Assembly: GCF_006345805.1 (NCBI RefSeq)
Contig: NW_021832269.1
Coordinates: 31,001-64,000 of the forward strand
Source of the DNA: Octopus sinensis
Taxonomy: Eukaryota
Direction of reading: 5' to 3'
Length of the DNA: 33,000 nucleotides
This document shows, piece after piece, positions 24,389 through 33,000 of this stretch (positions are counted from its first letter, which is position 1; each line of letters begins with the position of its first letter). A model generated the notes under the pieces. The model worked only from the letters and a program-made list of their open reading frames with translations, searched no databases and was not told the DNA's origin. The position numbers and the translations under genes were made by a program.

Positions 24389-25263
24389 ATACGAATCAAG
24401 ATTTTTTAGTTGGATAATGAATTTTTTTGATTTATTTAGTGTATTTTTGAAATTAATCATCCACCTGCTGGAAAAGCCATCCACCTCCGGAGGATCGTAA
24501 GTGCGCATGGAGATTTTGGTCCGAACTTCGGAGGAAGTTTTCCTTCTTCAGACCAAGAGCACCCAATTGGCAACACGAAAAACTTATCCGAAAGGCCGGA
24601 GTATTTGGTAAGTTTTTTCATCTTCAGGCTTCTTAGCGGCGGATTTAGCTTCCAGAGCACACGAAGTTAGGTGTGAGGCAGAAAATGTGTCCCAGCAGGT
24701 TGCATCCCATACGAGTGCCTTTCTACCCTCAAAAGGGAAAAGGGTCATTCCGTCACAGCGGTCGAGACCCGTTGGTTCGAAGACCGAAGGAAATCCCGCC
24801 GAGTCAAGAGCCCTCCGAATGACCTTCCGTTGGAAATCGTCAGGATGCAGACCGAAAGAGTCAACACAGCAGCCACAACAACACACGTTGGGGACACATT
24901 GCCTTAGCCCGAGGCGCAAGGAGATTCCAATCCCTACCGATTCGTCATCGAGGAGGGTTAGGTGTTCGGGAATGCCCAAAGTCAGGCACCACTAGCCTGG
25001 GATGCCTAGGTGTAGAGTAGCAGTTTGACGGTTGGCCTGCATCCCATGCAATCTACTCCCATTAACCAACTTTCTATCCTTGGAGTCCCCTGATGTGGCC
25101 CTGAGGAATTCAAGCTGTTTTCGAACGTAATTGAATTGACACTCAGCATTATTCTTTTTAAAAAACAGCTTTACAATTCAAAAGCTCACTTATCTGCTAC
25201 ACTCTTTAATTGTACATTTAGGACAGGAATACAAATCAAGATTTTTTAGTTGGGTAATGAATT
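24389..25263. repeat. 35-bp imperfect direct repeat (24389-24423 and 25229-25263) bracketing the CRE-like fragment
   Basis: ATACGAATCAAGATTTTTTAGTTGGATAATGAATT vs ATACAAATCAAGATTTTTTAGTTGGGTAATGAATT: 33/35 identical, 840 bp apart. Confidence 0.85.
24480..25130 (-). mobile_element. 3' fragment of a CRE-like RLE non-LTR retrotransposon, decayed
   Basis: Motifs: LRLGLRQCVPNVCCCGCCVDSFGLH, VIRRALDSAGFPSVFEPTGLDR, DGMTLFPF...LVWDATCWDT. The HCC and RPDG segments are partly deleted. Confidence 0.8.
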
Positions 25264-25350
25264 GTAGATTAACACAGGTTTAACATTATCTGAATTATGG
25301 AAATTACTTTTATTTTAGTACAATAGACAGATAATATATTCAAATCAATA

Positions 25351-26243
25351 ATGCAATCAAGTTCTTTGTGCGTTCTCAAGAATAAAATCTTGGAATTGAT
25401 AAAAGAAAGAGACCAATTCAAGGCCGACTTGCATGCCCTGGAACTGACCCAAATGTCAATTCAGGACGACCTGGAACAGGCACCCACTCCCCCAACCATT
25501 TCAGAGCGAACAAGAACTGGACTCCCTCACCACCCGCCTCCAAATGTTATCTCTCGAACAGGAAACCACAAATGACGAATTATCGCAAAAATCCTCCAAA
25601 ATGGCCCTTCTCCTGTCAGAATACGAAGAAAGCGAAAGGTGCTTCCCAACCACAATTCGAGTGCGCGGACTGTCCTCTCTGCCCAAAACACTGCCCTGGA
25701 AGTAGAGAACTCCGTCCACACACAGGCAGTGAGGCAAGGCAGGGAACTCCACTCGGCCATTGCCTGTGAATTGGAGTGGGTTGGTCTCCCCTCCCACGGT
25801 AGGTCGGTCCCGCCCTCACCTGCCTGGAGGACAGAGTGGCCCACCTGGAAGTCGAGCAAGAGGACAGAATGAAGTATATAGTGAGTGTTAGTGCAGTAAG
25901 CAGGAGGTGACGAAGAGCAAGTTGGAAGGAATGGGTGGCCGCATGCTGACTCTCCAGAAGAGAGTGTGGGAGGGGGAGAGGTATGTGAGTGGATGACTGT
26001 CAGTAGAGTGGACGGGAAGGAGGCTGTCCTGAGGGAGTTGAGGGAGAAGAAGGGGCAGGTTGGTGTGTCTGATCAGTCCCAGTTGGGGGAGTACATGGCC
26101 GTCTATCAGGACATCAATGAGGCACTCCAAACACAAATTGCTCAATTCCAGGGTTCGTACATGTCGGCAGTTTAGACGACATTAACAGGGAGAAGGATTA
26201 TTGCGATCGAATTACTCCCATTATATCACAAAATAGTAATTAA
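25351..26243 (+). CDS. TPM-like: Divergent short (non-muscle type) tropomyosin, 242 aa, 7 introns
   Basis: EQSEQELDSLTTRLQML aligns with EQAEAEVASLNRRIQLV, and EESESARTVL with DESERGMKVI. Several intron positions match tropomyosin exon boundaries (EQ|, ES-R|, |VARKL-equivalent 24-aa exon, last phase-1 intron), and the length is close to 248 aa. Introns: 25480-25504(GC), 25639-25661, 25780-25802, 25874-25896, 25981-26003, 26059-26082, 26153-26175. Confidence 0.75.
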
Positions 26244-26269
26244 ATAATACAAATATAATTTGTTGTTGT

Positions 26270-26275
26270 AATAAA
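26270..26275 (+). promoter_or_regulatory. Putative polyadenylation signal of the tropomyosin gene, 10 nt upstream of the predicted TERT ATG
   Basis: AATAAA lies 26 nt after the stop codon at 26243. Confidence 0.5.
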
Positions 26276-26285
26276 TTGGCGGTTG

Positions 26286-28582
26286 ATGGAGGGTAGTTCT
26301 GGTGGGTATGTTTTGAGTTCGTCCTTCTTTTACTGTGCTACTCCCACCAATTCAATCAATTTCGAGAGTTGTTTAAATATTACGACTAAAAGGAATTGCT
26401 TTTAAATGCACAGTCGAGGAGGGGCTGCCTTCTGTAGAAAATGCTCTTAAACTTTATTTCAAGCCCTCGAATGCCCAAATACGCGGCATTTTTAGTAAAA
26501 TGATCCCCAAACAAACACAAATACACGAAATTCCCGCCTTAATATCCAACCACACACCCAAAACCCACGTTGTTCATTCCCCAACACCGACAGGTCTACA
26601 AAATTCTGAGATCAGTTTGCCGTAAATCATTTGACGGGTGTTTATTGGGGACGAATGGGAATCTGAACACATTCCTGGCAGGTGAGCCCTCCCATGTCAG
26701 CAGGCATTCGAGCATTGGTCCTCGGTGGACGGAGACACCAACTCAAAGTCAGTTCAGTCGTCGACCACATCAAAGTGGCATCCACTACTATCCCTAGATT
26801 GAATCGATCGAATGGTTGGTTGGACTATCCACTCCCCGCAAATGTCTTGAGGCTGTTTTTGTGTTTTTGTATTCTCAGTTCGTCTCCGCCTGCATCCGGG
26901 CATGCTTGGTTGTTAATGTGGTAGGCCTTCTTCTACGTCACTGAACTGTCCCACGTGCCCTCCGAGGTTGTGTTCTACCACAAAGAGCTGTGGCTGTTAT
27001 TAGTCAGACACTCCATTCAGAGTAACCATGTGAGTATACTCAGGTCTTGTCGACTCGGGCTTCATTCGCGTGCTGGACAGTGTACGGTCTGGGAGTTAAA
27101 TTAGGTGCCCGACTCCGCAAACACGGTCTCCCTTCGATTTGTCCCCAAGTCGGACTCCCTTCGCCCTATTTTTAATCTGGGGGGAAAAGGAGGGGGGATT
27201 GTGAATTGTCAACTCGGGGCACTTTTCCTATTTTTGAAGGTTTTTTTCTGAGAATTTGGTTAGTCAGTGAGTGCGGGAAATGACAATATGGTTGGGATAT
27301 TCGACAGACTGGCCGAATTTAAGCAGAGAAATAAAAGTTGCAGGTTTATTGCCGAATCACCACTCAAGTCGTTTTTATGTCGTGAAATGTGACTTGTCTT
27401 CGTTTTTTGACTCGATTGACCGGGATAGACTCCTGAAGGTGTTGGAAAGGGAAATAATCTCTAATTTGGGGGACTCGAGTGAATCCGCCACCATTTTCGA
27501 GAAGCACAAGGCAACCCTCGAACAGACTCTCTTCCAGTCAGTCGTGACGGTAGGCCTGTTGTTGTGATGAAAGGTCTCCAACTGGGCGTGTCACACCACC
27601 AGAGGGGTCTTCCAGGGCTCGATTGTGGCCAAGTTGTTGGGGGATTTGTACCTCCGTGACTTGGAGAGCAATCTGAGTATGTCCTCTCAACATCAGATTT
27701 TGCTACGGCACGTGGATGATAGTCTCTTTGTGTCAACTGGACTTGATTCTGCCCGTGTGTTCATCGAGGAATACGTCGAATGTGCTCACTCTGTGTGACC
27801 CTTAGTGCTCAAAGTGTATGCCCTCTCACTCAACCTACACAAATCATGTGCTAATTTCCATCATCCCACTTTGCCCTATTGTGGTTGACTTGTGTTGTGA
27901 ATGCAGAGGCCATGTCCTGGTATGGACACTCTCTCCACTCCCCCGACCTCCTCTTCTCTCTCGACATTCCCCGACGACTCCTCTCCATTGCTAAGGGCAG
28001 CACGCAGAGTATTGGCAAAGTCGTCAGGTCTCTCTTGGGTCCCTCCGTCGTGTTATACTTATTTGATCCTCGGGTGACATTATATTAATTCAGGCCAGAT
28101 TGTGACATCTGTGTCTCGAATGACCAATTTATATGAATTGAGTGTCATTGCCAGTGTCAAGGTGTTCTACTCCTTTGTCCGTGCTGTCGATAAACGGGCT
28201 GTTTATGCCCGTCTTGAATGTTTGTGGTCTTTATAAGTGTAGGGATGGTTGGGGTGGTCAGTCGTGTTCTCTACACTGCTGTCAATGTACTTTGTCTGTA
28301 TTTGTTGTAGAAGGTCAATGGGGCACTGTCTCGCGCTGTCGTGTCTTGGTTGTTCATGTTGTCCTAGTTGACAGGGTTGTTGCAGTGGCCTTTGGCTTTG
28401 TCTTCAGAGTCAAGCTGAGCAGACATAGAAAGATCATTGCCAAGGCTCGACGAATTGCTCGACGTTTACAATGCCACGTAAAACATTTCGTTCACACTCA
28501 GGCGTCGGTCGAAGGCTGGGACTGTGATGAATGTCGACACTTGTTTTTGAGGTCTGACATGTCTTTTCCTTCGACCTTCTAA
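26286..28582 (+). CDS. TERT: Telomerase reverse transcriptase, compact (about 629 aa): TRBD-RT-CTE, no TEN domain seen; 17 introns
   Basis: QFP-like region (VYKILRSVCRK...LLGTNGNLNTF), T motif AFFYVTE, motifs 1/2 LRFVPKSDSLRPIFN, motif A KCDLSSFFDSI, B' GVFQGS, C LLRHVDDSLFVS, D LNLHKSCANF, E SWYG, and CTE (LFDPR...TNLYEL; KLSRHR). Introns: 26368-26392, 26569-26593, 26682-26703, 26775-26797, 26900-26924(GC), 27022-27043, 27082-27104, 27240-27263, 27344-27368, 27550-27573, 27782-27805, 27884-27906, 28074-28098, 28220-28242, 28287-28310, 28349-28374, 28478-28501. Confidence 0.92.
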
Positions 28583-28639
28583 TCTTTGTGATTCACATTT
28601 CTCGTATAAAAAAACGGTTTTTCAAATACAAATTTTTTT

Positions 28640-30300
28640 TTATGACTGTAACACTTAACAAAATTGAAACGTTAGTGTCGACGATTATTAAATAAGATCT
28701 ATTCGGCGTACTTTCGATCAATTCTCGAATATCTTTAAGTGATTGCAAATTCCATTAATCATTTCCACAAGATTTTGTTTATTTCAGAAGAATTCGATTC
28801 CAATTTGTGTTTTATGCTCCACACTCCTCCCATTGGGAACCCATTCGAGAAGTATCTTCGTTCAAAATTGTTTTGTAATTTTACTCGAACGTCAGGAAAC
28901 TAATTCCTGCTGAAATTTTAAATCGGATAAGTTCATTTTTAGCGGATTAAAATGGGTTATTTGTTAATATACAGTAGTTAGTAATGCACGTTCGGTTTCG
29001 CTTGTGCCATGTTTTTTGTTCGTCCACTTCAGTTGTAGAAATACAAAAAAGGTGGAATCTACGACTTGGACAAGACAGTGTAAATCTTCAAACAGACTCT
29101 AAGGTCCTGAGTCAGAGGCTCGGAGGTCACGAGGAATTTATTTTGCTTGTTTCCAGTCGCCCTGTAGTCAAGTCGATGGAGAATGTGGCGTACCTCTTTG
29201 TGTCATCACTCATATCCTCCATAGACGTCATCTTTTACCCTATTTCCCCGTTGAGTTCCGAGTCCTGTCAACACCCTCGCCAACTCAACCCCCGCCGGAG
29301 TATTCATCTGTATAAAAATGACACATCATTTATTTCTGCAGACAGAGGCATATTCATTCAGTATTCGTACTGTCAAAGGATGCATCGTGCGGTTTAAAAA
29401 CATAGAATTTATTCTGTCTTCTCTGTCAAAGGTTTTTTCGTAAAAATTAGGCCGGACCCCAACCTTCTGAGATCTTTAAGAAACACTAGCTTCCCATAAA
29501 AATTGTCGTCCCGCAGTGTTATCCACACATCATACCTTCTCAATATAGCAAAGGTTTCTGAAGGCATGTTTTCATAGATTTTCATTATTTGAGGTACTTT
29601 TAACTTTTACCAGAACGACACTTTTTATATTGGTTTGGCATTCCACGTTTAAATTATTTTCATGACAGTTTGCACACAACTGGGCAATAAAAAAGTGTTC
29701 TTTGGCACACTAAAAGTCTTGCTTGTTTGATTAGTCCACGACAATGTGCATCTGATAGACCACAGATTCCCCTCTTGTGTTATTCACATACACATTTAGG
29801 TTATCCTTGACTATTTTCCTCATTATTCTTTATTATAGTTCTATTTGTCCAGATTGAGTATTTCCCCCATCAATCTGTGCACAAGGGGTCCATACTGTTC
29901 TATTTGCTGTTCTTGGTGGCTCTTCATTGAGTAGTTGGGTCCCTTTCGAGTGACCGAGAACCACGTCGTAGAGCCGAGTGGTGGCATTGTAGGAGACGTC
30001 AAAAATGATAAGAACGTCCATAAGTGACCAGAAAACGATTTTATAGTTGTCAAAAACTAATAGTCGCAGCTTGACTGATTTGTGAGTAATGGAGGAGTAA
30101 AAAATAAGCACTGAAGACGACTTATTCTCCGTGAGTGAGAAGGGTCCTTTCCCAACAGCTCATACCGTCGATTGCCGTAGATCCCCTAGTTTTTGTCCTC
30201 AGGCAAGTGGAGAACAAAGTACTTCTTTGTAGACCGAGAGTCGTACTGTCGTGGACAGTGAGAGGAGTAGTGGGAGTATAGTCTATCTATTAGTCCAAAT
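28640..30300 (-). other. Unidentified probable multi-exon gene or decayed element
   Basis: Several protein-like minus-strand frames (e.g. KEVRHILHRLDYRATGNKQNKFLVTSEP; DEYSGGVELARVLTGLG; LLVFDNYKIVFWSLMDVLIIFDVSY) are separated by possible short GT-AG introns. I could not build a single consistent model. Confidence 0.3.
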
Positions 30301-30457
30301 AATAACCATAATATGATTAATTCTTTATATACTTTGTTGTGACGTCACACTGAAGGGATACTTTATATTCAAATTATCCTCTGTTTTGGATACATGGGAT
30401 TCAAATTGCCTATCTCATTTTTTATTTGTGGAATTTTAGTAAATATATATTCCCATA

Positions 30458-30840
30458 ATGGCCGAGAGTGATGTGGACTGCATAAAACCAAAATCAAGAA
30501 AATGTAAATTGACTCTTAAAATTAAAGTGAATTTAATCTGCGAAGCACTGTCCAATGATGTCCCAATGCTCAAAAACCCGAGATGTAGTGCCAATGCTGA
30601 AGACTCAGTCAAGACATTAGTCCAAACACTGCGGGCTACTCTTAAGATTCCTTCTACCGACCAGCTAGTATTTCATATCCCCCATTCATAGCAATTGTAT
30701 GTCAACAAGTCTTTCTCCCCCTCTCTCTACTCCCTCCTCGGTGACTTATACGACGTCATTTCTTAACTTTTAATTTCCAGTGCTTTGCAGTGAACGACAT
30801 TCTTTATCTCAGCTACAGCAAGAAGCCTGTGTATGGATAG
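30458..30840 (+). CDS. ATG12: Ubiquitin-like autophagy protein ATG12, 102 aa, 3 introns
   Basis: Spliced product ...LKIPSTDQLQLYVNKSFSPSLYSLLGDLYDCFAVNDILYLSYSKKPVYG* has the C-terminal conjugation Gly. Introns: 30504-30527, 30668-30691, 30755-30780. Confidence 0.9.
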
Positions 30841-31159
30841 TCATTTTTGATTTTAAATCATTTTAATGCATTCCCGATTTGTCATGATTAGCACGTCCAG
30901 GAGGCGGCAACCTTTAAAGAGAGACAAACCCGAGTCTTCAAAAGACCCACAAAAATCACGAAGTATAACTTTTTGTGTCACGCTTGTATTCTACTGATCA
31001 TGAACACTCTTTGAAGATAAATTATTTCATTTTTGATGTTATAATAAACGTTTTTTTATGTATTTCTCGTCTGTGAACTACTTACCCCGTCAATCTCCTG
31101 AGTTTTCCCAAAGTTGCACATCATAGGTGGCAACTCAAGCAAAAACAAGTCATAACTAG

Positions 31160-32100
31160 CTAATCGAAGGCAGAGACAGAGTGAAGGAGTCGTATGTGCC
31201 GATAGACCTCAAAATCTTCATTACAGTTTTCCATATTAGAGGTGGGGAAATGCCCAGTTCCTATTTCTGGCACCCTGGTCGGGGCATGTTTTAGTAACTC
31301 GCCCGGTCTACCATCATAGCCCGCTGACCGATTGTCTTTAATGCATTGATTAGTTCCAACGTTGTACGAACACATAGACTAGGGCTAGCTGGCATGCTTA
31401 AAAATGAGTAGTTTGCCTCTGAGCCGTGCTTGGGCGAAATCTTATTTTTTGAAGCAGCTGGTTGCCACTGTGAGGATTGGAATCTGCCTACTTCTCGGTT
31501 CACCCGTATCGGCCAAACATAGTAGTAATTTTTCTCTTTACTGCTTCGATTCCAAAGTATCATCTAAATTTCAATCTGAGAACTGTCAGGTGTGGTCACT
31601 GTCAGTTATCGTTCTCATAACTTCTGAGTCGGAACAATTTCTTTAATGCGATTGGGAGGTAATATAGGGGATTTGATGTATATACACACACCTGTCATCT
31701 TGGATCGCTTGGTCCTGACCCAAGTGGTTTTATGCTTTGCAGGGTGTCATGTTTTCTCCTACAAACGTCGTTATGTCCTGTCAACCCAGCTTTAGCATGT
31801 CAATTACCACAGATAAACGTCATTGAAGAATTATTAACTCGGATGTATGTTTTCGCGAGGATTTTGTAAAATTCGTCCAGTTCATCAATTGGAGCCTAAA
31901 CAATGATAACAGTCATCATGGATTTCTTTGTAGATAATAAAAGTAGTAGGATAACAGGAACACGGTCATTGATTTTCCATACTTGATGCAATTAGTAGGT
32001 TAATAGCAAAATCATGACCGTAGTGGTGATTGTCAGACGGTGTGATACTGTGTCTCAGGTACAGGGTAGGTTGCTAGGTCTTTCCCCATGCACATCTCTT
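31160..32100 (-). mobile_element. Decayed RTE-like LINE fragment (AP endonuclease and start of RT)
   Basis: Motifs: IIV*APIDELDEFY...FICGN*HAKAG (YAPT...GDFNAK-like), HKTTW, DSDH, SAGYDGRPGELLK. Many stops and frameshifts. Confidence 0.7.
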
Positions 32101-32420
32101 ATGTCAAAATAATTTTCAGAAAGTGTAAAAACACCTCAACACTAAAGTTTAAAATCATTACTGGCTACGTATGGAAATTCTTGAGATTTCAGGAGAAAAC
32201 ATTGCCTAACCCAACTTCATTTGTTTATCGGAAAGGTTTTTTCATTGGTAATGTTAAATCAGCGAAGGTAGGGAGTCCCATTTTAACAATCCCCGTCTAC
32301 AACCTCACTGACAATGAAAAATTGAGGCGAGTAGACTTAGCAGCTGGAATCTAATTTCCATCAATTCTGGCATATTGCGCCAGACCACACCCACGCAGAG
32401 TAAAAAGAAAAAATGATTTA

Positions 32421-33000
32421 TTATTGTGAACTGAAAATAAGATCATACTTAGAACGATGTGGTAAAGAGTACTTGGAATAGACACTCTTAGTAATTAACA
32501 AGGGAATGCCTTTGGCAGTCAATGCCACCCGATTGGACTGATGTGCCAACCCAAAGTCTTCGAATGAGGTCGGCCTCTTCTTCCCGTGTCGCGACAGAAT
32601 AAAGCCCATAATGTAGCCCGTCATAAACGCGTCGAAACCAGCCCGATGTGCCCCAAGACTGTCGGACAACCCACCGGTCTCCTCTCCATCTTCCTCATCT
32701 CCCACAACCCCGAACAACTCCTGGTCTATTGCCAGGTCGATGTTGTGAGATTTCGAACATTTCGAATTTCCCGCGCTACACCAGCCGTGATTCTGCCAAT
32801 TTATAAACAGAACGGACGGAGAATTGCTTGCAGATTGGACTCTTCTTGCACGTGGAAACATAACTGTCCGCGGAATGTTCGAAGCGACACAAAATTTGGT
32901 TGACGGACAAAGAATTAGGGGGATAAGTCGGGAATGTCAAAACCAGCCCTCTTTTCCCCCCATCGCAATATTCCATGTTGAGTCTCTGACTACGAATAAG
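32421..33000 (-). CDS. TOE1: Target of EGR1 (CAF1-family deadenylase acting in snRNA 3' maturation), 3' part only
   Basis: CCCH finger CKQFSNHGWCSAGNSKCSKSHNIDL after removing intron 32793-32817; HRAGFDAFMTGY; NRVALTAKGIPL. The gene starts beyond the window end. Confidence 0.9.

Noticed and set aside
25572-25769. Cys/His-rich ORF resembling a gag zinc knuckle (CADCPLCPKHC)
   Set aside because: It is an alternative frame of the tropomyosin exons.
26286-28582. RT motifs read as a Penelope-like or other retroelement
   Set aside because: The T motif (FFYVTE), TRBD, CTE and 17 spliceosomal introns identify cellular TERT. No GIY-YIG domain is present.
32088-32354. 88-aa plus-strand ORF
   Set aside because: No homology recognised, and it lies antisense at the edge of the RTE remnant; likely a chance ORF.
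1-33000. CRISPR arrays, rRNA, tRNA, telomeric repeat arrays, prokaryotic operons
   Set aside because: None seen. The window is spliced eukaryotic DNA without tandem repeat arrays.

Overview
Eukaryotic, almost certainly animal, genomic DNA. Protein-coding genes are broken by extremely short spliceosomal introns: about 93 by my manual count, all 22-32 nt. The ORF track is therefore fragmented and misses several genes entirely. After splicing by hand, each of 12 gene models gives one continuous reading frame: outer-arm dynein heavy chain (3' part, +), a divergent K50 PRD-class homeobox (+), DLAT (-), DDX39/UAP56 (-), a PTPN3/4-like FERM-PDZ-phosphatase (-), calaxin/EFCAB1 (-), a protein with a C-terminal Ski/Sno/Dac-like domain (+), an NCBP2AS2-like microprotein (-), a divergent short tropomyosin (+), a compact telomerase reverse transcriptase apparently lacking the TEN domain (+), ATG12 (+) and TOE1 (3' part, -). 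AT-rich gaps hold decayed mobile elements: a hAT/Buster element with intact TIRs and a perfect 8-bp TSD, plus four non-LTR retroelement fragments. The most notable signals are an apparent micro-intron splicing code (22-nt floor, GC-AG in 6 of 24 dynein introns, AAG/GAG acceptors), the minimal TERT starting 42 nt after the tropomyosin stop, and the divergent homeobox, tropomyosin and Ski/Dac-like genes. Tiny introns plus ciliary and animal genes suggest a dicyemid-like mesozoan (inference only). All gene identities come from remembered family motifs, not database searches.
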